This document shows positions 47,787-55,662 of a DNA stretch of 64,000 nt, in pieces; the first letter of the stretch is position 1, and each line of letters starts with the position of its first letter. The DNA comes from an uncultured Clostridia bacterium (GTDB taxonomy: Bacteria > Bacillota > Clostridia > Christensenellales > UBA1242): NCBI GenBank assembly GCA_944381185.1, contig CALWKE010000002.1, positions 130,050-194,049 of the forward strand, in the 5' to 3' direction. The notes under the pieces were generated by a model, which was not told the origin of the DNA, did not search any database, and was given only the letters and a program-made list of their open reading frames with translations. A program made the translations under genes and the position numbers.

Positions 47787-49601
47787 TTAATCAAGAATAG
47801 CTTTTATTCTTCTTATTCCTGAAGAAGAGCTTTCTTCTTTTATTATTTTAAAGTGGTGCAAATCTCTTGTATTTTTAGCGTGTGGACCACCGCAGATTTG
47901 CTTGTCAACATCACCTATTGTGTAAACTTTAACCTTATCACCATATTTTGAATCAAAAATTCCGTATGCACCTTTCTCACGTGCTTCATCAAGTGAAAGT
48001 TCTTCAAATGTGACATCAATTTCTTGTTTTATTACATTGTTAACAAAATCTTCAAGTTCCTTTATTTCTTCAGGTGTCATCTTGTGGTCAAGATTAAAGT
48101 CAAATCGAAGCCTTTCAGGTGTTATATTTGAGCCCCTTTGTTCCACTTGTGTTCCAAACATTTTGCGAAGGCCTGCAAGCATAATATGTGTTGCAGTGTG
48201 AAGTTTTGCGTTTTCATAAGATGAATCTGCAAGACCACCTTTAAATGTTCCAGCAGATGCCGAACGGCTTTGTTCTTGATGAAGTTTGTTTGCTTCTTCA
48301 TAACCAGCTCGGTCAACGGTGTAACCACGCTCTTTTGCAAGTTCTTCGGTGAGTTCTATTGGAAAGCCAAAAGTATCAAAAAGCCTGAATGCAGCCTTTC
48401 CACTTATAATATTTTCAATAATTTCGCCTTCTTTTGCAAACTGTTTGTGGCGCTCAATGCCATTTACTACTTTTTCAAATTCTTTGTAGCCAAGGTCGAT
48501 TGCTTTTGCAAACTTTTCAACTTCGGCTGAAAGTTCTTGTTTTACAAGTTCACGGTTTTTAACAAGAATATCATAGTCATATGAATAATAATCAATATAA
48601 AGGTCTGCAATGTTTTTAAATAGTTCTGTGCTTAAACCAATCTTTCTTGCATGGTTAACAGACCTTCTTATAAACCTGCGAAGAATATAGCCCTGACCAA
48701 CATTAGATGGCTTAACGCCCTTTTCATCGCCCAAAATAAACACAGCACTTCGAAGATGGTCAGCAATAATTCTGTATGACCTAACATTGTCATCATTCAT
48801 TTTGTTATTGGCATTATTATTGATAAAGTCAATAACATCTTTAAAAATGCCAACATCATAACTGCTTTTAACATTATTTAAAACGCAGATTGTTCTTTCA
48901 ACACCAAGCCCAGTATCAATATTTGGGTTTTCAAGAAGTTTTGCTTTGTCACCTGCTTTTTCAACTTTGTATTGCATAAAAACATCGTTCCAAATTTCAT
49001 TGTATTTACCGCAGTGACAACCCGGTCTGCATTCTGGCGAACACTTTGGTTTTCCTGAATCATAGAACATTTCAGTGTCTGGACCGCAAGGACCAATGCC
49101 ACTTCCAAGAGCCCACCAGTTATCTTCTTTAGGGTTAAAGTAAATGTGGTCTTTTGCAATTCCACATTCTTCCCACATCTTTGCCGTCACCTCATCACGA
49201 GGAGCAACATCATCGCCTTCAAAAACAGTAACAGACAATTTTTCAGGCGGAATAGCAAGATAATCTTTGCTTGTTAAAAATTCATAAGAGAGTTTAATCA
49301 TCTCTTCTTTTGGGCATGAACCAAGAAACCAGTTGCCCAGCATTTCAAAGAATGTGTTGTGATTAAAATCTCCAACTTCATCAATATCATTAGTTCTTAT
49401 GCATCTTTGAGTGTCAAAAAGTTTTTTGCCAGCGGGATGTTTTTCGCCAAGAAGATATGGCACAAGTGGGTGCATACCTGCTGTTGTAAACAAAACTGAA
49501 GGGTCATTTTCAGGAATAACTGAACTATTTTGAATTTGAACAAAACCATGTTTTGTAAAAAAATCTTTCCATAAATTTTTTAACTGTTTATCGGTAATCA
49601 T
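47787..49601 (-). CDS. alaS: alanine--tRNA ligase, compact form (catalytic, tRNA-recognition and editing domains; no C-Ala domain)
   Basis: 604 aa. FTTAGMHP, RCIRTNDIDEVG, GPCGPDTEMFYD. Editing domain HTATHIM and CGGPH. Ends GIRRIKAILD directly after the editing domain. Confidence 0.88.
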   Translation of the reverse strand: MITDKQLKNLWKDFFTKHGFVQIQNSSVIPENDPSVLFTTAGMHPLVPYLLGEKHPAGKKLFDTQRCIRTNDIDEVGDFNHNTFFEMLGNWFLGSCPKEEMIKLSYEFLTSKDYLAIPPEKLSVTVFEGDDVAPRDEVTAKMWEECGIAKDHIYFNPKEDNWWALGSGIGPCGPDTEMFYDSGKPKCSPECRPGCHCGKYNEIWNDVFMQYKVEKAGDKAKLLENPNIDTGLGVERTICVLNNVKSSYDVGIFKDVIDFINNNANNKMNDDNVRSYRIIADHLRSAVFILGDEKGVKPSNVGQGYILRRFIRRSVNHARKIGLSTELFKNIADLYIDYYSYDYDILVKNRELVKQELSAEVEKFAKAIDLGYKEFEKVVNGIERHKQFAKEGEIIENIISGKAAFRLFDTFGFPIELTEELAKERGYTVDRAGYEEANKLHQEQSRSASAGTFKGGLADSSYENAKLHTATHIMLAGLRKMFGTQVEQRGSNITPERLRFDFNLDHKMTPEEIKELEDFVNNVIKQEIDVTFEELSLDEAREKGAYGIFDSKYGDKVKVYTIGDVDKQICGGPHAKNTRDLHHFKIIKEESSSSGIRRIKAILD

Positions 49602-49746
49602 ATTTCCTCGCTAAAATTATAATTAATATTACGCTTGTATTATATAGCAAAAACAATTAAAAATCAATTAAAACATTATTTTTCTTGATTTAAGATAAAT
49701 TTTAAATAAAATTATGGCATGTTTATTTTTTATTTAATTTAAAAAA

Positions 49747-49775
49747 TTGACACAAAATTTATAAAGAACTATAAT
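49747..49775 (+). promoter_or_regulatory. consensus sigma-A promoter
   Basis: TTGACA, 17 nt, TATAAT. Confidence 0.7.
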
Positions 49776-49801
49776 TTAATTGTAAATTTATTTACAAAAG
49801 A

Positions 49802-49826
49802 ATTCTAAATGAGTTTCATTTAGAAT
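49802..49826 (+). promoter_or_regulatory. 11-bp perfect hairpin/palindrome in the 5-prime UTR
   Basis: ATTCTAAATGA gtt TCATTTAGAAT between the promoter and the SD of 49852..50085. Confidence 0.4.
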
Positions 49827-49851
49827 ATAAAATTATTAAAGGAGAAAAATT

Positions 49852-50085
49852 ATGAAAAGTGTAGTTAAAGCATTTGATGATTTGCATTGGGTTATTAAAC
49901 TTATATTGTGCTTGCCTGTTTTAAATCTTGCTTGGGCAATTTACAGAATTTGCAAAGGTGCTGCAACAAATAACACAGTTATGCTTGTTGTTGGTATTCT
50001 TTGGATTTTCCTTGGAACAACAGTTCTTTGGATTGTTGACCTTGTTTGCACAATAATTTACAAAAAACCAGTTGTTTGTGCTTAA
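49852..50085 (+). CDS. small two-TM membrane protein, hypothetical
   Basis: 77 aa with two hydrophobic helices. AAAGGAG SD. Confidence 0.6.
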   Translation: MKSVVKAFDDLHWVIKLILCLPVLNLAWAIYRICKGAATNNTVMLVVGILWIFLGTTVLWIVDLVCTIIYKKPVVCA

Positions 50086-50095
50086 CTTAATAAAA

Positions 50096-50127
50096 AAGAT
50101 ATAGACAGTTGCTATATCTTTTTTTAT
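50096..50127. terminator. bidirectional intrinsic terminator
   Basis: Stem AAGATATAG/CTATATCTT flanked by A- and T-runs. Confidence 0.8.
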
Positions 50128-50137
50128 TGCAAAAATA

Positions 50138-51103
50138 TTAACAAATAATGTTTAAAAGATTATCTTTTTCTTTGCCAACAAAAAGATAACTTATTGGAAT
50201 ATCTAAACAAGTAAAAGCACCTGTTTTATTCTTTTTTTTTAGATTGATGACGGCGTTTGTATATGCAAGCATTATGTAAGCAGTGAAATTTGGGTTAGAG
50301 TCCATTGAAACAGAAAATTGCATTTTGTTTTTTGTTCCATGAATAGTTTTAAAGTTAGATATAATTTCACCTTTGTGAAACATTTTATTTTTTAACTTTA
50401 AAAGTTCAAGGCTTTCAACAAAGTTAACTTTTGTTGGTTCTCCTTTAAAATAATTAGGAATATTTTTAATTTCATATTCAACTTCAGTTTCATTGTTTTT
50501 ATCGGTCAAAACAAAACACTCTCTAAAATGTTTTGGCATGCCTTCGGGTAAATTCCCTGTTTTTGCAAGTTTAACAGCTTCTTTGTTTGGAATTGTAAAT
50601 TGAACGCCATCAATAACATTCGAAACCCGCCTTATTGCATCACTGTGCCCCATGCTTATTCCTTTTCCCCAAAATGTATTTGGCATAGTTTTTCCAATGG
50701 CTAAAAACATTCCGCGGATAACACTAAAAATTCCGGGGTCCCACCCACAAGACATAATGAGTCTGTGTTTTGATATTTTTGCTAGTTCATCAACTTTGTT
50801 AAATTCGGTTTGAATTTTTTTGTGTGTATCAAAGGTATTAATGCAATCAAAAAGTTCAAGTATTTCAGGTGTTTGCACTTCAAGGTCAGATTTAGAGCCA
50901 CCACAAAGATACATTATATCAATTTTTCCTGAATAATTTTTAAAAGATTCATAGGGTTCAATTTTTGTGTTAAATTTAGATTTTATCATTCGCCTTGAAA
51001 ATATTGCAATTAAGTTTAGATTAGAGTTTGAAAGCACAGATTGTTCAACTGCTTTACCAAGATTTCCATATCCAACAATACCAACATTAATTTTCATATT
51101 CAT
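50138..51103 (-). CDS. ddh: meso-diaminopimelate D-dehydrogenase
   Basis: VGIVGYGNLGK Rossmann motif and GWDPGIFS. 321 aa. Overlaps the dapA stop. Confidence 0.8.
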   Translation of the reverse strand: MNMKINVGIVGYGNLGKAVEQSVLSNSNLNLIAIFSRRMIKSKFNTKIEPYESFKNYSGKIDIMYLCGGSKSDLEVQTPEILELFDCINTFDTHKKIQTEFNKVDELAKISKHRLIMSCGWDPGIFSVIRGMFLAIGKTMPNTFWGKGISMGHSDAIRRVSNVIDGVQFTIPNKEAVKLAKTGNLPEGMPKHFRECFVLTDKNNETEVEYEIKNIPNYFKGEPTKVNFVESLELLKLKNKMFHKGEIISNFKTIHGTKNKMQFSVSMDSNPNFTAYIMLAYTNAVINLKKKNKTGAFTCLDIPISYLFVGKEKDNLLNIIC

Positions 51104-51962
51104 GTTTAACCTCTTTTAATTTTCTTAATATTTCACTGCTGGGTTTGCAAAGTGGCGGTCTGACATCACCAACATTAAAACCAATTAAATTCATATATTC
51201 TTTAACACAAATTGGGTTTACATCTAAAAATAAACATTCATTGATTTTTTGCAGATATTTTGAAATTCGTTTAGCATTGAAGTAATCATTTTTAAGGGCA
51301 AAATCACACATATTTTGAACAAGTTCAGGATAAATATTTGCCGTCACCGAAATGACTCCTTTTCCACCAAGAAGCATAATTGGAAGAGTTAAAAAATCAT
51401 CGCCACTAAAAACTGAAAAATTACTTGGAACAATTTTCAAAATTTCTGCAATTTGTTTAAGGTTGCTACTTGCTTCTTTTATCCCCACAATATTTTTTAT
51501 TTTAGATAGTTTTAAAACTGTTTGTGGTTCAATGTTAACCCCCGTTCTAGATGGCACATTATATGCTATTATTGGCAACTTAACTGCATTTGAAATGGTT
51601 TTATAATAATTTAAAATCCCCTGTTGATTGCATTTATTATAATATGGTGTGACAACTAAAAGTGCATCAGCTCCAAGGCTTTCTGCTTCAATAGAGTTTT
51701 CTTTGGCTGTTTTTGTTGAGTTTGAGCCCGTGCCAACAATAACAGGAATTCTTTTACCAACTAAACACACACAAAAATTTATAATTTTTTTGCGTTCATC
51801 TTTAGAAATTGTGGCAGATTCGCCTGTTGTTCCCAAAATAATAATAGCCTTTGTTCCACAGGCAATTTGAAATTCTATTAATTTTTTTAGTGAATAATAG
51901 TTAACTTCTCCGTTTTTATCAAAGGGAGTTACAAGTGCAACACCACTGCCTTCAAATATCAT
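51087..51962 (-). CDS. dapA: 4-hydroxy-tetrahydrodipicolinate synthase
   Basis: ILGTTGESATIS, YNVPSRTG, IVGIKEAS (Schiff-base Lys). Confidence 0.93.
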   Translation of the reverse strand: MIFEGSGVALVTPFDKNGEVNYYSLKKLIEFQIACGTKAIIILGTTGESATISKDERKKIINFCVCLVGKRIPVIVGTGSNSTKTAKENSIEAESLGADALLVVTPYYNKCNQQGILNYYKTISNAVKLPIIAYNVPSRTGVNIEPQTVLKLSKIKNIVGIKEASSNLKQIAEILKIVPSNFSVFSGDDFLTLPIMLLGGKGVISVTANIYPELVQNMCDFALKNDYFNAKRISKYLQKINECLFLDVNPICVKEYMNLIGFNVGDVRPPLCKPSSEILRKLKEVKHEYEN

Positions 51963-52005
51963 TTTTACCTCTAATATAACCTATGAAAACAGAAAAATTT
52001 TGTGA

Positions 52006-52031
52006 TAAAAAAAGAGGGATAAAACCCTCTA
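52006..52031 (-). terminator. intrinsic terminator of the DUF362 operon
   Basis: On the minus strand: stem AGAGGG/CCCTCT followed by a T-run. Confidence 0.7.
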
Positions 52032-52050
52032 ATTTTTAAAATTTATAAAT

Positions 52051-52986
52051 TTAATCTATCCAATTTTTAAGCTCATTATCACAGTTGTCACGATTACTCC
52101 CACGAATGGCAAGTCCTTTTTTAACATTGGCATTTGGGCAGAGCTTTTTAATATCACTTTCACTGTGTCCCATTCCACTTCCTTCATGAGTGCAAAGCGG
52201 TTTTATTGTTTTTCCATCAAAATCATATTCCTCTAAAAAGGTAAACATTGCCATTGGCATTGTTCCCCAAAAGTTTGGATAGCAAACATAAATAGTGTCA
52301 TATTCATCAATGTCATCAAGATAACTTTCAAGGTCTGGTCTTGCATCATTTTCTTGGTCACGCTTTGCCTCTTCAATACATTTATTATAACTTGACGAAT
52401 ATTCATTAACTTGTTTCACTTCAAATATATCTGAATTAGTGAGTTTTGCAAGTTTTTCAGCAATGACTTTTGTGTTTCCAACTTCAAGATTTTTTAGTGA
52501 GTTTCCAAAATAATTTTCACCCGCTCTTGAATAATAAACAACTAAACTTTTCATTACACTTTCTCCTTTACTTTTTAATTCATTAACTTTGTTTTTTAAA
52601 AGAATAAATGCCTTCTTTAGGTCAAATGTGTTTAAAACAGTCTTTTCCATTGGGCAAATATCAGTGCCCTGTCTGTTGATTATTTTTTCAGTCAATGTTT
52701 CATATGAAACAGCAATATTGTGTTTTATTAAAATTTCTTTAGCAGAAACACTTAATGTTTCAGCAAAAACTTCAATAATTCCAAGATTTAATGCAAGCAA
52801 TGCCACTGCCTTTCCAACAATTTTATCTGCAAGAACATATCCTGATAAATTTGTGCCCTTTTGTGTTAGGTATAGAAGGGGTTTTATTCCTGTTTTAAAT
52901 GAAACAATTTGTTTTTTGCCATTAAACAAAACACAAGTGTATTTATTTTCTTTTAAAGAATTTTTTGCAATATTAATTTTGTTCAT
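52051..52986 (-). CDS. DUF1893 (TM1506-like) domain fused to a flavodoxin-like domain
   Basis: N-terminal half YTCVLFNGKK...GIKPL...GTDICPMEKTV. C-terminal half MKSLVVYYSRAGENY...YPNFWGTMP...CTHEGSGMG. One continuous ORF. Confidence 0.75.
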   Translation of the reverse strand: MNKINIAKNSLKENKYTCVLFNGKKQIVSFKTGIKPLLYLTQKGTNLSGYVLADKIVGKAVALLALNLGIIEVFAETLSVSAKEILIKHNIAVSYETLTEKIINRQGTDICPMEKTVLNTFDLKKAFILLKNKVNELKSKGESVMKSLVVYYSRAGENYFGNSLKNLEVGNTKVIAEKLAKLTNSDIFEVKQVNEYSSSYNKCIEEAKRDQENDARPDLESYLDDIDEYDTIYVCYPNFWGTMPMAMFTFLEEYDFDGKTIKPLCTHEGSGMGHSESDIKKLCPNANVKKGLAIRGSNRDNCDNELKNWID

Positions 52987-53563
52987 TTGATTTCTCTTTG
53001 TTAATTAATGTGCTAACGATTATCAAAATAACTGGTGCAACAACAAGCCATAAAACAAGCCCTATCCAACCAGATAAAATTTGATTTAAAACCATGATAA
53101 ATGAAAGACTTGAAACGCTTTCAAAAATACCAGCCATGGCAAGAAATGTCAATCTTCCACCAACTTCAGCAAGCAGGATTGCCGGAATTGCAAGCCATTT
53201 ATTTTTTGCAATTCTATTAGAAAATAAGCCTGTGATGACGGCAAACACAGCGAGTTCAACAATCATAAATGGAAGTCTTGAAAGCATTGGCATTGGGCTT
53301 CCGAATGCCGATGTGATAAGATAACTAAAAACTGGTGAAGCGATGCCAACGCCAAGCCCCCACCAAGTGCCGAGAAGTGCACCTGAAAGCATAACAGGCA
53401 AATACATAGGAAGAAGTGTCATTCCGCCACTTGCCCCTGCCACAAGATGTATTAATTGTGGAAAAGCGATTGCAAGAATAACAAGTGAAACGGCAACGAT
53501 TGTTTTAACAGTGATTTTTGTTTTTACATTTACTTTTCGTAAGGTTAATGCATTTTCAATCAT
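52973..53563 (-). CDS. ECF transporter S component-like membrane protein (substrate unknown)
   Basis: 196 aa with 5-6 TM helices. LLPMYLPVMLSGALLG resembles ECF S components. Confidence 0.55.
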   Translation of the reverse strand: MIENALTLRKVNVKTKITVKTIVAVSLVILAIAFPQLIHLVAGASGGMTLLPMYLPVMLSGALLGTWWGLGVGIASPVFSYLITSAFGSPMPMLSRLPFMIVELAVFAVITGLFSNRIAKNKWLAIPAILLAEVGGRLTFLAMAGIFESVSSLSFIMVLNQILSGWIGLVLWLVVAPVILIIVSTLINKEKSNEQN

Positions 53564-53600
53564 AAATTAATCTCCTTTTTAATGTTTAATTTTTGATAAA

Positions 53601-54470
53601 TTAATCAATGTTAATAAGTTCATATTTATCAGTGCCGAAGCCAAGTGTTAAAGCATGTTCAATTATATGAGCACCATTTCTCGATTCAATTCGTTCAATC
53701 AAGTGATCTTTTCCGGGGTCGTTTGAATTATAAACAAGGTCAAGACAAGCCCTGTCAATTGCAATTGGGTCAGTTGATGCTAAAATGCCAATGTCTTTCA
53801 TACATGGGTCTTCAGCCACTGCACAGCAATCACAATCGACTGACATATTAGCCATAACATTAATATAAACAATGTTTCCTTTAAAGTGATTTACAACTGC
53901 ACTTGCGGCTTCAGCCATAGATTCAATGAATTCATCGTGGTCAGAATCCCAAAATTTCTTTGGGTCGCCTGCACCATGAATATATGCTTTTCCAAAGGAA
54001 GATGCACAACCAATTGAAAGTTGTTTAAGAGCCCCGCCATATCCACCCATTGGGTGACCTTTAAAGTGAGATAAAATTAACATTGAATTATAATTTTGAA
54101 TATTTTTTCCAACATAATCTTTTTTTATTATTTTTCCATTAGGTATTGCAATTTCAAGGTCAGGACCTTCAGCATCCATAATGTCAACGTCAAAATATTT
54201 TGACCAGCCATGTTTTTTCATAAGTTCTTTGTGTTTTTCAGTTGTGTTTCTTGCACCATCATATGCAGTGTTGCATTCAACAACTGTGCCATTAACATAT
54301 TCAATAATATCTTTAAAATATTCTGGGTGCAAAAAGTTTTGGTTGCCATCTTCACCAGAATGAACTTTAATTGCAATTTTGCCAGTTAGTGTTTTGCGAA
54401 CAGCATCATAAATTTTAATTAAACTTTCACTTGATAAGTTTTTTGTGAAATAAACTTTCGCCTTTTCCAT
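53601..54470 (-). CDS. DUF362 domain protein
   Basis: The KVYFT start and IKVHSGEDGNQNFLHP...ECNTAY pattern are typical of DUF362 as remembered. AGGGGG SD. Confidence 0.6.
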   Translation of the reverse strand: MEKAKVYFTKNLSSESLIKIYDAVRKTLTGKIAIKVHSGEDGNQNFLHPEYFKDIIEYVNGTVVECNTAYDGARNTTEKHKELMKKHGWSKYFDVDIMDAEGPDLEIAIPNGKIIKKDYVGKNIQNYNSMLILSHFKGHPMGGYGGALKQLSIGCASSFGKAYIHGAGDPKKFWDSDHDEFIESMAEAASAVVNHFKGNIVYINVMANMSVDCDCCAVAEDPCMKDIGILASTDPIAIDRACLDLVYNSNDPGKDHLIERIESRNGAHIIEHALTLGFGTDKYELINID

Positions 54471-54502
54471 TAATATCCCCCTATTATTGATTGATTAAGT
54501 TT

Positions 54503-54533
54503 AGTATAAAACTTAAAGTTAACTTTAAGTCAA
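54503..54533 (-). promoter_or_regulatory. MerR-family-style promoter: 19-nt spacer carrying a perfect 20-bp palindrome
   Basis: On the minus strand: TTGACT (54533..54528), 19-nt spacer, TATACT (54508..54503). Palindrome ACTTAAAGTTAACTTTAAGT at 54511..54530. Confidence 0.55.
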
Positions 54534-54602
54534 GCGAAAAAAGAAAGTTTTAGAAATTTAATTGAATTTTATAAAAAATTTAAAATGAATTAAAAATTTT
54601 TC

Positions 54603-54630
54603 TTTACAAAACAGAAGAATTGTTTATAAT
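54603..54630 (+). promoter_or_regulatory. promoter for tRNA-Leu
   Basis: TTTACA, 16 nt, TATAAT, 18 nt upstream of the tRNA. Confidence 0.5.
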
Positions 54631-54648
54631 AGATAATGTTAATTATAT

Positions 54649-54737
54649 GCTGATGTGGCGAAATAGGCAGACGCAAGGGACTTAAAATCCCTCGGGTAGA
54701 AATATCCGTGCCGGTTCAAGTCCGGCCATCAGCACCA
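54649..54737 (+). tRNA. tRNA-Leu (anticodon TAA)
   Basis: Acceptor GCTGATG/CATCAGC, anticodon arm AGGGA-CTTAAAA-TCCCT, long variable arm, T-arm GCCGG-TTCAAGT-CCGGC, CCA encoded. Confidence 0.92.
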
Positions 54738-54741
54738 AAAG

Positions 54742-54772
54742 TGGTGGGAAAAACTTCCTGCCATTTTTTTTG
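54742..54772 (+). terminator. intrinsic terminator after tRNA-Leu
   Basis: 8-bp stem including G-U pairs, followed by T8. Confidence 0.6.
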
Positions 54773-54835
54773 TTTTCGGCAATTTAAATTCAACCACACT
54801 TTGTGTGTTTTCATTTAAATACATTGATATGATTG

Positions 54836-54912
54836 TTGCTCATTTGTTTGTAACAACTCCGTTTTACTCGGTCAGCGAACCGCCTTCGGCGTCCGCTTCT
54901 GTTCTGCTAATA
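54836..54912. repeat. GC-rich repeat element, copy A
   Basis: About 77 nt. Shares a 37-nt perfect core ACTCGGTCAGCGAACCGCCTTCGGCGTCCGCTTCTGT (54866..54902) with copy B. Confidence 0.8.
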
Positions 54913-55010
54913 TATACAGTTTTGCAAATATGAGTGACGATACAGAATACTCGCTTTAGTGTTTGTGAGTAATAAATAGAATTGATATATAGTTGAATTT
55001 GTTTGAAATA

Positions 55011-55089
55011 TTGCTCGTTAGCTCGTAACAACCTCGTTTCACTCGGTCAGCGAACCGCCTTCGGCGTCCGCTTCTGTATGTCGCTCAAT
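55011..55089. repeat. GC-rich repeat element, copy B
   Basis: The core at 55041..55077 is identical to copy A; the flanks are about 75-80 percent identical. It abuts the terminator at 55090. Confidence 0.8.
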
Positions 55090-55122
55090 AAAAAACACAC
55101 TCTATTTGAGTGTGTTTTTTAT
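55090..55122. terminator. bidirectional intrinsic terminator (ends the tRNA-Cys transcript on the minus strand)
   Basis: Stem ACACACTC/GAGTGTGT flanked by A- and T-runs. Confidence 0.8.
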
Positions 55123-55124
55123 TA

Positions 55125-55199
55125 TGGAGGCGACGATCAGAATCGAACTGATGAATGGGAGTTTTGCAGACTCGTGCCTTACCGCTTGGCTACGTCGCC
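55125..55199 (-). tRNA. tRNA-Cys (anticodon GCA)
   Basis: Reverse complement: GGCGACG acceptor, anticodon loop CTGCAAA, T-arm ATCAG-TTCGATT-CTGAT, CCA encoded. Confidence 0.9.
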
Positions 55200-55204
55200 A
55201 GAAT

Positions 55205-55307
55205 GTTAAAATACTTCGTAATGCTTTGTTTCTTAAATTAAATTTGTTCAATCATTTAGGAAACTAAACTCATTCACTAAATTTAATTTAGAGCCTTGCC
55301 TTACTCG
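55205..55307. repeat. tRNA-spacer repeat unit U1
   Basis: About 103 nt, roughly 85 percent identical to U2 (shared TAAATTTGTTCA.TCATTTAG, CACTAAATTTA.TTTAGAGCCTTGCC). Confidence 0.8.
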
Positions 55308-55334
55308 TATTTTATCCTTCTGCGTTAGGATAGA

Positions 55335-55367
55335 TAAAATACTTCGTAATACTGCGTTACTGAAATT
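55335..55367. repeat. partial third copy of the spacer repeat (5-prime part)
   Basis: The 16-mer TAAAATACTTCGTAAT is identical to U1 55207..55222. Confidence 0.65.
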
Positions 55368-55415
55368 CAATATAGTTTAAACGGCAAGTTATTCACCTGC
55401 CGTCATAAGTTAGTA

Positions 55416-55490
55416 TGGAGCGGGAAACGAGATTCGAACTCGCGACATCTGCCTTGGCAAGGCAGCGCTCTACCACTGAGCCATTCCCGC
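55416..55490 (-). tRNA. tRNA-Gly (anticodon GCC)
   Basis: Reverse complement: GCGGGAA acceptor, CTGCC-TTGCCAA-GGCAG anticodon arm, GCGAG-TTCGAAT-CTCGT T-arm, CCA encoded. Confidence 0.92.
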
Positions 55491-55498
55491 ATTTATGT

Positions 55499-55602
55499 GT
55501 TAAAAACTTTCGTTATGATGTGTTACTTAAACTAAATTTGTTCAGTCATTTAGATAACCAAACTCCTTTCACTAAATTTAGTTTAGAGCCTTGCCTAACT
55601 TG
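55499..55602. repeat. tRNA-spacer repeat unit U2
   Basis: See U1. Confidence 0.8.
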
Positions 55603-55624
55603 CTTTTAACCCTTAAAAGTAAAA

Positions 55625-55662
55625 TTACTCGCAACTTGCACCGAACCGTGCAGTGCGAGTAA
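55625..55662 (-). terminator. strong compound hairpin directly 3-prime of tRNA-Val (terminator, attenuator or processing signal)
   Basis: On the minus strand: TTACTCGCA-C-TGCAC-GGTTCG-GTGCA-AGT-TGCGAGTAA followed by TTTTACTTTT. Confidence 0.5.

Noticed and set aside
49602-49851. T-box leader upstream of alaS-proS
   Set aside because: The leader is AT-rich. It has no specifier or stem I features, no conserved T-box 14-mer, and no terminator/antiterminator pair.
51963-52050. Lysine (L-box) riboswitch upstream of dapA-ddh
   Set aside because: Only about 45 nt remain between the upstream terminator and the dapA SD, which is too short for the riboswitch, and the conserved L-box helices are absent.
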